A stretch of DNA of 38,468 bases from an uncultured Marinobacter sp. (GCA_964530545.1 CAZHAY010000012.1:1-38468); one strand, 5' to 3'; shown: positions 10,416 through 21,602, counted from the first letter of the stretch. Numbers and translations: made by a program. Notes: a model not told the origin generated them from the letters alone.

Positions 10416-10499
10416 GGCCCCGTTATCCGGGTGCACTCACACACTCGCTTGTATCAATGGGCCACAGGCCCGTTGCGATGATTCCTGAAGGATACTGAC

Positions 10500-12956
10500 A
10501 TGGCCGCATTTATCCAGAAACTCTTCCAGAAGCGTTCCAGAAACACAGCCAGGGAAGACCCGAAAAACCGCCGTGCCAGTTCTGTACCGACGCCAGACAA
10601 GTCTTCCGATGAACCATCGGTGAAGCCGGGCCAACAGGCCATCGATGAGCAACGTGCCGTATTAACCGCCGTGGATACCAGTCAACAGGTCCTGGCGGAA
10701 CTCGCGATCACGGGGTTAGCGGCAGACATTCGCCTGCAGGCGGCTCAGCGGCTGACGGACCAGGAACAGTTGCAGGAAGTGCAACGGCGCTCTCGTGGCA
10801 GGGACAAGGGGGTCTATCAGCGGGTACGACAGACTCTTCAGGAACTGCGGCACCAGGAAGAAGAAATTCAGGCCACCCAGCAGTCCCGAGCTACGCTTCT
10901 GCGGCAGGCGGAGGAGCTTGCTGCCACCCAGGATATGAACCTGTATGAGGCCCGGTTACAAAAGCTGGAACAGCAATGGCAGACGCTTGAACCCGGAGCA
11001 GAATACGAAACCCGCAGCCAGGTACTGGCAGCATTTCACCAGTGCCGCGAGAGAGCCCGTGATCTTGACCTCCAGCGCCAGCTGGAGCGCACCCAACAGG
11101 CCCAGAAGGTGCAACGGGAAGAGACCCTTGAGCTCTTGCACGAGACACTGGAAGGCTTCCAGCAGGAGGCTCCCTCTACCCCAGCCCTTCCCGCTCTCGA
11201 TGCACTGCAACGGACTCAGGAAAACCGGTGGCTGGAAGCCACGCGGGATACTGAGGTCAGCCGGCACGAGCAGAAGCTCTACGAACAGCGTATGCAGCTG
11301 CTGAAAGGAGCGCTCTCCGCTGTACGGCGTCTGGCCCATCATCAGCAGGCGATCGCTCAGGCCCTGGAGGCGGACAAGCCTGACGCAGACACCGCCCGAC
11401 AGTTGCTTGGACAGCTGGAGTGGCCTCAGGAACTGCCCAGGCCCGAACCCATCCAGAAACTCGTCAGGATGGCGAAGGACAAGGCGCCGGCAACACACAC
11501 GCAAAGTCCCGACCTGGTTCAGCAGAAAGTGACTCAGCTGGAGAAAATCCTGGAAAACCTGGAGCAGTCCCTGGAAGCCCGCCAGCTCAGGGAGTCACGG
11601 GCGTTCCTCAAGCAGGCCCAGAACCTCCACCGGCAGCTGACCGGGCGCGAAGGCGGCCGCTACCGGGCCCGTATGCAACGGCTGGCGGGCCAGGTACGGG
11701 AACTGGGCGACTGGCGGGGGTTTGCGACCGAGCCGAAGCAGACGGCCCTGTGTGAGCAGATGGAATACCTCGCGGATCAGCCTATGGATCCGGAGGCCAA
11801 GGCTGCCCGCATTCATGAGCTTCAGCAACAGTGGAAAGACCTGGGCGGGTCCTCGAACCGGGACCTGTGGCAGCGATTCCGCACCGCATCAGACCGGGCA
11901 TTTGAACCCTGCCGGGCCTATTTCGAAGCTCGCTCCGACCTGAAAAAGGTTCATCTCCAGAAACGTCAGAGTCTGTGTGAAGAATTGCAGCTTTATCTGG
12001 ACGGCACGGACTGGAGCCAGGCGGACTGGAAAGCCGCCGAACAGATTGAAAAGACCGCGCGCAAGGAATGGCGTGAGGCCTGGCCGGTGGAATTCCGGGA
12101 CAACCGTCCTCTTCAGAAAACCTTTGATGAACTGATGAACACCCTGGCGGGCCATCTGGATGAAGAGCGCACACGTAACGAAGCGCAGAAGCAGTCCATT
12201 GTGGAACGGGCACAACAGTTGATTGAGCACAGCCCTCTCACCGAAGCCATGCAGGAAGCGCGGGAGCTGCAAAAGCAGTGGCAGGGAGTGGGTATCACCC
12301 GCCATCGGGAAGACCGCAAGCTGTGGAAAGCCTTCCGTGCGGCCTGCGATGAGATCTTTTCCCGCCGTGACGAAAAGCGTCAGCAACAGGTCCAGGCGAC
12401 CAGTGCAGCGGATCAGACCGCTGAGGCCGAACTTACGCAAGCCCGGCGCTGGCTGGATGAGCCCGCTACCGGGCCGGCCGATGCTGACTCTGTGCTGGCC
12501 GCACTGAACAGGGCTCTGGCCGAGCCTGTCTCTAATCCGGTGCGGCAAACGCTCCGTGATGCCGTCGGCCAGGTGCACGCGCGGCAACAGCAACTTAGCC
12601 ACCGGGCCAGCCTGCAACAATGGCAGCAGTGGATTGATCAGCGCAGCCGCAATGAGCTGGAGCCAAAACAGCTGCCGGATAACTGGCCAAACCTGGCCGC
12701 TCAGGCCGACCTGGATAGCCCACGGGAGCTGGTCGTATTGGCGGAGATACTGGGTGGACACAGTTCGCCTGATTCTGACAAGGCTCTTCGTATGGAGCTG
12801 CAGGTTCAGCGCCTCAGGCAGGGGCTGGGCGGCGATCATGAGCGTCAGGGGCTGACTAGCGAAGCCTTGGTTGCGCGCTGGTGTCTGGCGCTTCCGCCGG
12901 AAGACCTCGAGGCGGAGCTGGGCGAACGATTGAAAAATGCGCTGGAACCCGCCTGA
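10500..12956 (+). CDS. DUF349 domain-containing helical/coiled-coil protein
   Basis: 818 aa, Q/E/R/L-rich; repeated units LQQQWKDLG...LWQRFRTASDRAF and LQKQWQGVG...LWKAFRAACDEIF typical of DUF349. Confidence 0.85.
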   Translation: MAAFIQKLFQKRSRNTAREDPKNRRASSVPTPDKSSDEPSVKPGQQAIDEQRAVLTAVDTSQQVLAELAITGLAADIRLQAAQRLTDQEQLQEVQRRSRGRDKGVYQRVRQTLQELRHQEEEIQATQQSRATLLRQAEELAATQDMNLYEARLQKLEQQWQTLEPGAEYETRSQVLAAFHQCRERARDLDLQRQLERTQQAQKVQREETLELLHETLEGFQQEAPSTPALPALDALQRTQENRWLEATRDTEVSRHEQKLYEQRMQLLKGALSAVRRLAHHQQAIAQALEADKPDADTARQLLGQLEWPQELPRPEPIQKLVRMAKDKAPATHTQSPDLVQQKVTQLEKILENLEQSLEARQLRESRAFLKQAQNLHRQLTGREGGRYRARMQRLAGQVRELGDWRGFATEPKQTALCEQMEYLADQPMDPEAKAARIHELQQQWKDLGGSSNRDLWQRFRTASDRAFEPCRAYFEARSDLKKVHLQKRQSLCEELQLYLDGTDWSQADWKAAEQIEKTARKEWREAWPVEFRDNRPLQKTFDELMNTLAGHLDEERTRNEAQKQSIVERAQQLIEHSPLTEAMQEARELQKQWQGVGITRHREDRKLWKAFRAACDEIFSRRDEKRQQQVQATSAADQTAEAELTQARRWLDEPATGPADADSVLAALNRALAEPVSNPVRQTLRDAVGQVHARQQQLSHRASLQQWQQWIDQRSRNELEPKQLPDNWPNLAAQADLDSPRELVVLAEILGGHSSPDSDKALRMELQVQRLRQGLGGDHERQGLTSEALVARWCLALPPEDLEAELGERLKNALEPA

Positions 12957-13157
12957 TCAATTCGGGTCAGTCCATGGAAGAACTGTCATTCACGCCCCCG
13001 ACGCTGATGTGGTAACAAAGAAGGCGCTTGCCTACAATGAGGTAGAGCCCAACGACCGGATTCCGGGAAACCGGACCCGGTCGACAGACAGGCCGGCAGC
13101 CGCCGCCGATACTGACCATTGGCGGGCGAGCCCAGGCTTTAGCAGGTAATTCAAAAT

Positions 13158-15311
13158 ATGAACACGAACAGAGTGCGGACTGTATTACGGGCCAGAAGTC
13201 TCATTTTCGGGCTTATGGTTTCCCTACCCCTGGCCGGGACTGGCCTGTCTGCTTCCGCCAATGTAGACGCCACCACCTATCAGGCGGTGGAGCCCACCAT
13301 CGAACAGGCCCGGGCGAACATCCTCATTTCCCGACAGCTGCAGTTCACCCACTTCCGTGATCAGGCGATCAATGACGATCTCGCCAACGAGGTGTTTGAC
13401 GATTACCTCGACTATCTGGACGGACAGCGCATTTACCTGACCCAGCAGGACATCCAGTCGTTCCAGCGTCACAAGCAGGGCATGGCGGCTGGATTGCGGA
13501 CCGGCCAGCTGCAGCCGGGCTTTGCTATCTATAACCGGGTGCAGGAACGCATCATCGAGCGCATGGATTACGCGCTGGAGCTGCTCAGCGAAGGCCTTGA
13601 CCAGTTTGACTTCCAGAGCGATGACCAGATCCTGCTGGACCGCTCAGAAGCCGACTGGGAAGCAGACCGGGAGGCACTGGACGAGCTGTGGCACAGGCGC
13701 ATCCGCAATGCGGTACTTGCCCAGCGTCTGAACGGCAGCAGCGATGAAGAAATCATTGAAGTGCTCACCCGGCGCTACGAAGGTCAGCGTAACCGGGTGG
13801 CGCAGATGCGCAGCGAGGACGCATTCCAGGCCTATATGAATGCCTTTACCGGCACCTGGGACCCCCACACCAATTATTTTTCGCCGCGCAATTCCGAGAA
13901 TTTCAATATTAATATGAGCCTGTCCCTGGAGGGCATCGGCGCGGTACTGCAGTCCGATAACGAGTACACCAAGGTCGTACGCCTGGTACCCGGCGGTCCG
14001 GCTGCGCGGCAGGGTCAGCTGAGCCCGGCCGACCGCATTGTATCGGTCAGGCAGGAAGCCGACGACAAGCCTACCAATGTGATCGGCTGGCGACTGGATG
14101 AAGTGGTTGACCTGATTCGCGGCCCCCGCGGTTCCGTGGTGAGCCTGGAAGTGGTTCCAGCTAATGCGACGGACGAAACCATTACCCGTACCATCGACAT
14201 CAAACGGGACAAGGTGAAACTGGAAGAGCAAAGCGCCCGCAGCGAAGTGATTAAACTGGACCGGGATGGCGAGACCTACCGCATCGGCGTGATCGATATA
14301 CCCACGTTTTATGCGGACTTTCAGGCAATGCAACAGGGCGATCCAGACTATAAAAGCACCACCCGGGATGTGCGAAAGCTGCTGGAAGAGCTTCAGGAAG
14401 AGCAGAACATCGACGGTCTGGTTGTCGACCTGCGCAATAACGGTGGCGGTGCCCTTCACGAGGCCAACGACCTGGTAGGACTGTTTATCGACCGTGGCCC
14501 CACGGTTCAGATCCGCAGCCCGGACAACCGGGTTCAGGTGCTGGCCGACGAGGATCCCAGCGTCTCCTGGGATGGTCCCATGGTAGTGCTGGTGAACCGG
14601 ATGAGTGCTTCCGCTTCCGAGATTTTTGCCGGGGCCATTCAGGATTACGGCCGCGGCCTGGTCGTGGGTTCGCAAACCTTCGGCAAAGGCACCGTACAGG
14701 CGGTGCGCTCTCTTAACCATGGCCAGCTCAAGATCACCCAGTCAAAATTCTATCGCGTATCCGGCGGCTCGACGCAGCATCGCGGCGTTATTCCCGATAT
14801 CACGATTCCCTCCCGCATCGATACCACCCGTATCGGAGAGGATGCCCTCGAGCGGGCGCTGCCCTGGGATCAGATCGACGCTGTGCCCCATACCCGCTAC
14901 TTCGACTTCAGCGGCCTGATCGACGAACTGCGGGAGCGGCATACGGCCCGTTTCAATGAGAGCCCCGAATTCCGGCTGCTACAGAAAGAAATCGATTTCC
15001 TGGACGAACAACGCGAGACCACCATGGTCAGCCTGAACGAAAACGAGCGCCGGACGTATCAGGAGCAGTTGGAGCACCGCCGCCTGACGATTGCCAATGC
15101 GCGCCGCGAACTGCGGGGCGAGGAGCCGTTTGAGAGCTTCGAAGCCATGGAAGACCATGAGGAACAACAGGCAGCCATGGCCCATGGCGACGATGACGAG
15201 CTCGACTTTATCGTGCGGGAAGGCGGCCATATTATGGCCGACATGCTGGAACTGGACCGTCGCATGGCGTCGATTGTGCCGGTAGACACTGTGACGGCAA
15301 AAGCCGAGTAA
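13158..15311 (+). CDS. prc: Carboxy-terminal processing protease (tail-specific protease, S41)
   Basis: Signal peptide, DPHTNYFSPR, PDZ (LEGIGAVL, LIRGPRGS), DLRNNGGG, catalytic SASASE and FGKGTVQ. Confidence 0.95.
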   Translation: MNTNRVRTVLRARSLIFGLMVSLPLAGTGLSASANVDATTYQAVEPTIEQARANILISRQLQFTHFRDQAINDDLANEVFDDYLDYLDGQRIYLTQQDIQSFQRHKQGMAAGLRTGQLQPGFAIYNRVQERIIERMDYALELLSEGLDQFDFQSDDQILLDRSEADWEADREALDELWHRRIRNAVLAQRLNGSSDEEIIEVLTRRYEGQRNRVAQMRSEDAFQAYMNAFTGTWDPHTNYFSPRNSENFNINMSLSLEGIGAVLQSDNEYTKVVRLVPGGPAARQGQLSPADRIVSVRQEADDKPTNVIGWRLDEVVDLIRGPRGSVVSLEVVPANATDETITRTIDIKRDKVKLEEQSARSEVIKLDRDGETYRIGVIDIPTFYADFQAMQQGDPDYKSTTRDVRKLLEELQEEQNIDGLVVDLRNNGGGALHEANDLVGLFIDRGPTVQIRSPDNRVQVLADEDPSVSWDGPMVVLVNRMSASASEIFAGAIQDYGRGLVVGSQTFGKGTVQAVRSLNHGQLKITQSKFYRVSGGSTQHRGVIPDITIPSRIDTTRIGEDALERALPWDQIDAVPHTRYFDFSGLIDELRERHTARFNESPEFRLLQKEIDFLDEQRETTMVSLNENERRTYQEQLEHRRLTIANARRELRGEEPFESFEAMEDHEEQQAAMAHGDDDELDFIVREGGHIMADMLELDRRMASIVPVDTVTAKAE

Positions 15312-15358
15312 TCGATCTGACAGAGCCTGGCTGAAGCAGCCTGATAGTCAGCTGAACC

Positions 15359-15390
15359 AAAAACGCCCGGTGCCTGAACGCCGGGCGTTC
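15359..15390 (-). terminator. Intrinsic terminator between convergent prc and mtnA (possibly bidirectional)
   Basis: Stem AACGCCCGG/CCGGGCGTT; an A5 tract on its left gives a U tract on the minus strand. Confidence 0.75.
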
Positions 15391-15415
15391 TGCATTTCAG
15401 CGCTACCAGCTGCCG

Positions 15416-16486
15416 CTAGCCGAACAGCTTGCGCATGCCCGTCAGCTCAGGGCTGTGAACGACACCCTGCTCGGTGACGATCAGGTCGATCAGGCTGGAA
15501 GGCGTCACGTCAAACACCGGGTTAAAGACGTCAACCGTATCTGGCGCCACGGCCAGACCACCTATTTGCCGCATCTCTTGCGGGCTGCGTTCCTCAATGG
15601 GAATGTCGGCGCCATGCTCCAGTGACATATCCACGGTGCTCGACGGCGCGACTACCATGAACTTCACCCTGTGGTGGCGCGCAAGCACCGCCAGGCTGTA
15701 AGTGCCAATCTTGTTGGCCACATCGCCATTGGCAGTAATGCGATCTGCGCCCACAATTACCCATTGCACATCGCCACGGGCAAACAGCACCGCGGCTGCG
15801 CTGTCTGCATTGAGGGTGACCGGCAAGCCTTCCCGCTCCAGCTCCCAGGCAGTCAGCCGTGCGCCCTGCAACCAGGGACGGGTTTCATCGGCAAATACGC
15901 GCTTTAGCAGCTTCTGCTCATACAGACGCCGCACAACACCAAGGGCCGTACCATAGCCCCCGGTGGCCAGCGCGCCGGTGTTGCAGTGGGTCAGCACGGA
16001 ACAGGGGCGGGACAGACCCATGGCTTCTACCGCCAGTTTTGCCATGGCCTGGTTTGCCGCCAGGTCTTCCTGATGAATGGCGACGGCTTCCCTGGCCAGC
16101 CGGTCCGAGGCTTCCTGACGGTTGCCGCACCCTTCCAGCACACCTTTCATGCGCTCCAGTGCCCAGAACAGGTTGACCGCGGTTGGCCGCGACCCGGCCA
16201 GTAGCCCGGCGGCCGCTTCAAGCTCCTGCGGCCAGGTGGCGTCATCGGCCGCACGGGCGGCTAAAGCCAGACCATAAGCCGCACTGATGCCAATGGCGGG
16301 TGCGCCCCGAACGACCATATCGCGAATGGCGTCCGCGACCCCGGCCGCGCCTTCGACCGTAAGCCAGTGCTCCTCCTGGGGCAGCCGGCGCTGATCCAGC
16401 AACTGAAGCCCATCCCCCAGCCAGCGAATTGCCACGGTATCGGCATTGGCTGCCTGGGGTACAGGATTGGCGTTGCGTCGGGTCAT
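15416..16486 (-). CDS. mtnA: S-methyl-5-thioribose-1-phosphate isomerase
   Basis: [56 protein letters not shown]. Confidence 0.97.
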   Translation of the reverse strand: MTRRNANPVPQAANADTVAIRWLGDGLQLLDQRRLPQEEHWLTVEGAAGVADAIRDMVVRGAPAIGISAAYGLALAARAADDATWPQELEAAAGLLAGSRPTAVNLFWALERMKGVLEGCGNRQEASDRLAREAVAIHQEDLAANQAMAKLAVEAMGLSRPCSVLTHCNTGALATGGYGTALGVVRRLYEQKLLKRVFADETRPWLQGARLTAWELEREGLPVTLNADSAAAVLFARGDVQWVIVGADRITANGDVANKIGTYSLAVLARHHRVKFMVVAPSSTVDMSLEHGADIPIEERSPQEMRQIGGLAVAPDTVDVFNPVFDVTPSSLIDLIVTEQGVVHSPELTGMRKLFG

Positions 16487-16598
16487 CTGCTCACCTCTTC
16501 AAGACAGTTCAGGAACGGGCATCAGGCTGGCTGCTACCAGACACGACCGTTATACTCTGCCCAAACAGACAAACCAAGCCGGAGTTTCAGCCACACCC

Positions 16599-17966
16599 AT
16601 GATTGCAGACACCATTATTGCTGTAGACGTACGGATCAACACGCGCTGGCTGATTCCGGTCGAACCGTTCGGCGAGGTGTCAGACCATCAGGCCGTGCTG
16701 CTCGTGGGTGATCGCATCGAGGCCATCGTGCCTCAGGCGGAGGCAGACCAGAGATATCGGGCCCGGGAGGTCATCGACCTGCCCCACCACGTGGTGCTGC
16801 CGGGACTGATCAACATGCATGGTCACGCAGCCATGTCCCTGTTCCGGGGGCTCGCCGACGACCTGCCCCTGATGACCTGGCTTAACGATCATATCTGGCC
16901 GGCAGAAGGCCGTTTTGTCAGCGAGCAATTCATTACTGACGGTACCCAGCTGGCCATGGCGGAAATGCTCCGCACCGGCACCACCTGTTTCTCGGATATG
17001 TACTTCTTTCCGGAGGTGGCCGCCCAGATGGCGCGGGATACGGGTATGCGGGCCCAGATCTGTTCTCCGCTGATGGAAATGCCCACGCCCTGGGGCAGCG
17101 GCCCGGACGAGTACCTGGCCAAGGGGGAGGCGCTGCTGAAGCAGTGGCAGGATGATCCATGGGTGCGTATCGCCCTTGGCCCCCATGCTCCCTACACCGT
17201 TTCGGACGAGACACTGACGCGGGCTGTGGCCCTGCAACAGGCCAGCGGAGCGGCGCTTCAGATACATCTTCATGAGACGGCTTTTGAAGTGGAAGACGCC
17301 CTGCGGCAGACCGGAAAACGGCCACTGAAACGCATGCACGACCTGGGTCTGCTGAACAGCCGCAGCCAGTGTGTTCATATGACCACCCTGAACGACGACG
17401 ACCTGGACCTGGTGGCGGAGAGTGGCGTGCAGGTTATCCATTGTCCGGAGTCCAACCTGAAGCTGGCCAGTGGTTTCTGTCCGGTGCATACGCTGCAGCA
17501 GCGGGGCGTCAATGTGGCGATTGGTACCGATGGTGCCGCCAGCAATAACGACCTCGACCTGTTCGGTGAGCTGTCAACGGCCGCCATGCTGGCGAAAGCA
17601 GTGTCTGGCGATGCTGCGGCTCTTGGTGCCCATCAGGCACTGGCGATGGCGACCATCAACGGTGCCAGAGCCCTGGGCCGGGACCAGGACATCGGTTCCC
17701 TGAAAGCCGGCAAGCAGGCAGACCTGATCGCTGTTGATCTGAGTGATCCGTTTCTGCAGCCGGTTTATGACCCAGCCTCGCATCTGGTCTACAGTAACCA
17801 CGGCCGTCAGGTGAGCCACAGCTGGATTGCCGGCGTGCCTCAGGTCCAGAACGGCCGGCTGACGCGGATTGACGTTCCCGACCTGATGCTGCGGGTCAAT
17901 GAATGGCGTCAGCGTATCGCTGGTGCTGATCAACACGAATTCACACGACCGACTTCACTTTCGTAA
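16599..17966 (+). CDS. mtaD: TRZ/ATZ-family amidohydrolase, probable 5'-methylthioadenosine/S-adenosylhomocysteine deaminase
   Basis: [42 protein letters not shown]; lies between mtnA and ubiG. Start set at ATG 16599. Confidence 0.85.
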   Translation: MIADTIIAVDVRINTRWLIPVEPFGEVSDHQAVLLVGDRIEAIVPQAEADQRYRAREVIDLPHHVVLPGLINMHGHAAMSLFRGLADDLPLMTWLNDHIWPAEGRFVSEQFITDGTQLAMAEMLRTGTTCFSDMYFFPEVAAQMARDTGMRAQICSPLMEMPTPWGSGPDEYLAKGEALLKQWQDDPWVRIALGPHAPYTVSDETLTRAVALQQASGAALQIHLHETAFEVEDALRQTGKRPLKRMHDLGLLNSRSQCVHMTTLNDDDLDLVAESGVQVIHCPESNLKLASGFCPVHTLQQRGVNVAIGTDGAASNNDLDLFGELSTAAMLAKAVSGDAAALGAHQALAMATINGARALGRDQDIGSLKAGKQADLIAVDLSDPFLQPVYDPASHLVYSNHGRQVSHSWIAGVPQVQNGRLTRIDVPDLMLRVNEWRQRIAGADQHEFTRPTSLS

Positions 17967-17983
17967 CTGTCAGGCCCGAAACC

Positions 17984-18703
17984 ATGAGCAGAACCAACGT
18001 AGACCCCAGCGAAATCGCCAAGTTCGAGGCCCTTGCCAGCCGTTGGTGGGACCCCACCAGTGAGTTCAAGCCGTTGCACGACATCAATCCGCTGCGCCTG
18101 AATTATATCGACAGCCGAAGCCCTCTTGCCGGCCAGCAGGTAGTGGATGTTGGCTGCGGCGGAGGGCTGCTGTCTGAAGGCATGGCGCGCCGCGGCGCCA
18201 TTGTTACCGGCATTGATATGGGCGAGGCACCACTGTCCGTGGCTCGGCTTCATAGCCTCGAGTCCGGACTCAAAGTGGACTATCGGCAGATCACCGTCGA
18301 AGAGCTGGCGGCCGATCCGGAGCATACAGGCCAGTACGACATCGTCACCTGTCTGGAAATGCTAGAACATGTACCGGAGCCTGCGTCTGTGATTAACGCC
18401 TGCGCCCGGCTGCTGAAACCCGGCGGACACCTGTACCTGTCAACCATTAACCGGAACCCGAAATCCTTTCTGTTCGCCATTGTCGGCGCCGAGTATGTGC
18501 TTGGCATGCTGCCCAAGGGCACGCACGAGTGGAAACGGTTTATCCGGCCTTCTGAAATGTCAGAGTATCTGCGCCAGGCGCAGCTCAACATTCAGGACCT
18601 TACCGGCATGACCTACAACCCGCTGACACGGGTGTACCGGCTGGCCCGGGATGTGGATGTGAACTACCTGATGCATGCCAGCAAACCGGGGGAACGACCG
18701 TGA
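17984..18703 (+). CDS. ubiG: Ubiquinone biosynthesis O-methyltransferase
   Basis: [38 protein letters not shown]. Confidence 0.97.
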   Translation: MSRTNVDPSEIAKFEALASRWWDPTSEFKPLHDINPLRLNYIDSRSPLAGQQVVDVGCGGGLLSEGMARRGAIVTGIDMGEAPLSVARLHSLESGLKVDYRQITVEELAADPEHTGQYDIVTCLEMLEHVPEPASVINACARLLKPGGHLYLSTINRNPKSFLFAIVGAEYVLGMLPKGTHEWKRFIRPSEMSEYLRQAQLNIQDLTGMTYNPLTRVYRLARDVDVNYLMHASKPGERP

Positions 18704-19371
18704 CCAGACCCTTGCCAAGCCCGCCGTCCACGGTTCTGTTCGACCTTGATGGCACGCTGATTGATACCGCACCGGACTTTGTTCGCTGCCTCAACGATCT
18801 GCGGAGCGAGCACGCACTGGAGCCTCTGCCTGCGGAGCACATCCGGCCTCACGTGTCGGATGGTGCACGGGCCATGATCCGCCTGGGCTTCGGCCTGGAA
18901 CCGGACGATCCGGATTACCGGGTGCGTCACGCCCGCTTTCTCGACCTTTATGAGGCAGGAGTCTGCGAGCATACCGAACTGTTTACCGGTATGGACCGGC
19001 TGCTGGCAGCTCTGGAAGACGCCGGTGTGCCCTGGGGTATCGTGACCAACAAGCCCGTCCGCTTCGCCGAGCCGTTACTGGCGGCGCTGGCTTTGGACGG
19101 TCGGTGCAGCGCTCTGATCTGCCCGGACCACGTTGCCAACGGGAAACCCGATCCGGAAGGTCTGCATATGGCGTGTCAACGGATGGGCGCAGACCCCCGT
19201 CGTGGCATTTACGTAGGCGACCACGCACGGGACATTGAAGCCGGTCGTAACGCCGGTATGGTCACAGTTGCCGTGCGTTACGGCTATATCGTCGAGCCGG
19301 CCGAGGTTGATCTCTGGCTGGCCGACCATACAGTAGATACCGTGGACGAGCTGGTAAAACTGTTACAATAG
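18700..19371 (+). CDS. mupP: HAD-IA phosphatase (MupP / phosphoglycolate phosphatase-like)
   Basis: FDLDGTL, VTNKP, KPDP, YVGD; GTGA overlap with ubiG. The symbol is inferred from the ubiG-HAD-yciK position. Confidence 0.78.
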   Translation: MTRPLPSPPSTVLFDLDGTLIDTAPDFVRCLNDLRSEHALEPLPAEHIRPHVSDGARAMIRLGFGLEPDDPDYRVRHARFLDLYEAGVCEHTELFTGMDRLLAALEDAGVPWGIVTNKPVRFAEPLLAALALDGRCSALICPDHVANGKPDPEGLHMACQRMGADPRRGIYVGDHARDIEAGRNAGMVTVAVRYGYIVEPAEVDLWLADHTVDTVDELVKLLQ

Positions 19372-19419
19372 AGCCTGTCGGGAACCGGCGGGCAGACTGA
19401 GTCAAGGAGCGTATTTTCT

Positions 19420-20184
19420 ATGGCGGACACCCCTATGCATTCCTATCAGGCGCCCGAAGGGTTACTGAAGGACCGCATCATTCTGGTCACCGGCGCCGGA
19501 AGCGGCATCGGTCGTGTTGCTGCCAGGACCTACGCGTCTTATGGCGCGACCGTTATCCTGCTGGGACGTACCATCTCCAAGCTCGAATCCATCTATGACG
19601 AGATTGAAGCAGCCGGACACCCCAAGCCCGCCATTGTACCGATGAACCTCGAAGGCGCTGCCGTCAAGGATTACGACGAGCTGGCGATGACTATCGAAGA
19701 CAATTTCGGCCAGCTCGATGGCCTGCTGCATAACGCAGGAATCCTCGGTAGTCGCAGTCCCATTGAGCAGTACGACCCGGACACCTGGAACAAGGTCATG
19801 CATGTCAACGTGACGGCACCGTTCCTGCTGACCCGGGCGACGATTCCGCTGCTGCGCAAGTCAAGTGATGCGTCGGTGATTTTCACATCGTCAGGCGTGG
19901 GCAGAACGGCCAAGGCCTACTGGGGCGCCTATGCCGTGTCCAAGTTTGCGCTTGAAGGACTGAGTCAGCTGATTGCCGATGAGCTGGACGATGATCATCA
20001 CAATATCCGGGTAAACAGCCTAAACCCCGGCGCCACCCGGACCAATATGCGGGCCCATGCCTATCCGGCAGAGAACCCGATGCACAACCCGACACCCGAG
20101 CAATTGATGCCCAGTTATCTCTATCTGATGGGGCCAGACAGCCGCGGCGTAACCGGGCAGCAGTTAAACGCCCAGGGCAAATAA
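19420..20184 (+). CDS. yciK: YciK-family short-chain dehydrogenase
   Basis: TGAGSGIG, HNAG, YAVSK (YxxxK), NPGATRTNMR. Confidence 0.88.
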   Translation: MADTPMHSYQAPEGLLKDRIILVTGAGSGIGRVAARTYASYGATVILLGRTISKLESIYDEIEAAGHPKPAIVPMNLEGAAVKDYDELAMTIEDNFGQLDGLLHNAGILGSRSPIEQYDPDTWNKVMHVNVTAPFLLTRATIPLLRKSSDASVIFTSSGVGRTAKAYWGAYAVSKFALEGLSQLIADELDDDHHNIRVNSLNPGATRTNMRAHAYPAENPMHNPTPEQLMPSYLYLMGPDSRGVTGQQLNAQGK

Positions 20185-20453
20185 TGCAGTTAACCTTCTT
20201 TACCACAAGCCATTGTCAGCTTTGCGAGCTCGCGGAACAGTTACTGGTGAGCACGCCCCTGCCCCACCCCATTCCGGTGGAGGCGGTGGATATTGCGGTG
20301 TCGGAGACCCTGGTTGAGCGCTATGGTACGCGAATTCCGGTACTGCGCCGGGAAGACACGGGGGCTGAGTTAGGCTGGCCGTTTACCCGGGACGACCTTT
20401 TGTCGTTCTTGGCCCCCGGGGCGAAGGCGCCGTCGCCAGGCAAGATTCATTGA
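20184..20453 (+). CDS. Glutaredoxin-like protein (DUF836 type)
   Basis: CQLC redox motif, YGTRIPVL, LGWPF; TAATG coupling with yciK. Confidence 0.85.
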   Translation: MQLTFFTTSHCQLCELAEQLLVSTPLPHPIPVEAVDIAVSETLVERYGTRIPVLRREDTGAELGWPFTRDDLLSFLAPGAKAPSPGKIH

Positions 20454-20465
20454 GGATTTACTGTC

Positions 20466-21236
20466 ATGTTATTCGTTATCTCCCCGGCCAAGAACCTGGA
20501 CTATGAAAGCCCGCTGGCAACAGAACAGCATAGTCAGCCAGCCTTTCTGGACCACGCCTGTGAGCTGGTGGATCAGCTAAAGACCCTGGAGCCGCATCAG
20601 CTGAGCAACCTGATGAGCATCAGCGACAAGCTGGGCCAGCTCAATGCCGACCGCTATCAGCAGTGGCATATGCCGTTTACGCCGGACAATGCACGGGCAG
20701 CGGTGCTGGCCTTTAACGGCGATGTCTATACCGGACTCGCCGCCCAGGAATTCAATGAGAAAGAATTCGGGTTTGCGCAGAAGCATCTGCGCATTCTGTC
20801 CGGCCTGTACGGCATCCTGCGTCCCCTGGACCTGATGCAGCCCTACCGCCTGGAAATGGGCACCCGGCTTGAGAACGACCGGGGCAAGGACCTGTACGAA
20901 TTCTGGGGCGACATCATCACCGATGCTCTGAACGATGAGCTTCAGGCCGGTGATGGTGTTCTTGTGAATCTGGCGTCCAACGAATACTTCAAGAGTGTTC
21001 GCAAGAAAAAGCTGAACGCCCGCATCATCACCCCCCAGTTCAAGGACTGGAAAAACGGCCAATACAAGATGATCAGCTTCTACGCCAAGAAGGCCCGGGG
21101 GCTGATGTGCCGTTATGCAATTACCAATGGCATCACCCAGGCAGATGACCTGAAAGGGTTTGACCTGGCCGGCTACCGCTTCAGTGAGGAACAGTCCTCC
21201 GGCGATAACTGGACCTTCCTGCGCGACGAGCAATAA
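20466..21236 (+). CDS. yaaA: Peroxide stress protein YaaA (UPF0246)
   Basis: [39 protein letters not shown]. Confidence 0.96.
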   Translation: MLFVISPAKNLDYESPLATEQHSQPAFLDHACELVDQLKTLEPHQLSNLMSISDKLGQLNADRYQQWHMPFTPDNARAAVLAFNGDVYTGLAAQEFNEKEFGFAQKHLRILSGLYGILRPLDLMQPYRLEMGTRLENDRGKDLYEFWGDIITDALNDELQAGDGVLVNLASNEYFKSVRKKKLNARIITPQFKDWKNGQYKMISFYAKKARGLMCRYAITNGITQADDLKGFDLAGYRFSEEQSSGDNWTFLRDEQ

Positions 21237-21280
21237 CCCGCAATAACAACGCCGCCGTTCCGCACTGACTGATACGTTTC

Positions 21281-21314
21281 CCACTGGCTCCCGGAGCCGG
21301 TGGAGATCTTTTTT
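21281..21314 (+). terminator. Probable intrinsic terminator after yaaA
   Basis: CCACTGGCTC/GAGCCGGTGG stem with a T6 tract 5 nt downstream. Confidence 0.65.
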
Positions 21315-21340
21315 GTTTGGAAAATCAGGAGGAACATTGC

Positions 21341-21541
21341 ATGAACGAAGCTCTGTTTTCTGAAATCGCTCTGTATGTCTGCCTCACCGGACTGATCGTC
21401 TGGATGGGCTTTATTGTCTGGGACCTGGCGAAAAAGTCCAAGGCCGGCCGTTTTGGCACCGTTGCCCTGTTTACGGTGTTGGGCGCGGGGGTGGTGGGCT
21501 TTATTGTGAAAACCGTCCTGGTTGAAGTCATGGCCATCTAG
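21341..21541 (+). CDS. DUF2788-family small membrane protein
   Basis: Two hydrophobic helices around WDLAKKSKAGRFGT; AGGAGG RBS before ATG 21341. Confidence 0.85.
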   Translation: MNEALFSEIALYVCLTGLIVWMGFIVWDLAKKSKAGRFGTVALFTVLGAGVVGFIVKTVLVEVMAI

Positions 21542-21602
21542 TCTTCAACTCCCGAAACCTGTACAACAACCGATCTTTGATCCATAAGCCCAAGGACCCA
21601 AC

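Noticed and set aside
11889-14720. Long antisense ORFs (e.g. 11889-12839, 13644-14720; likewise 16680-17489, 27411-28193)
   Set aside because: Shadow frames expected opposite real genes with biased codon use in GC-rich DNA; no motifs.
16446-16598. N-terminal extension of the amidohydrolase
   Set aside because: It overlaps the mtnA start and the shared promoter region; ATG 16599 is more plausible.
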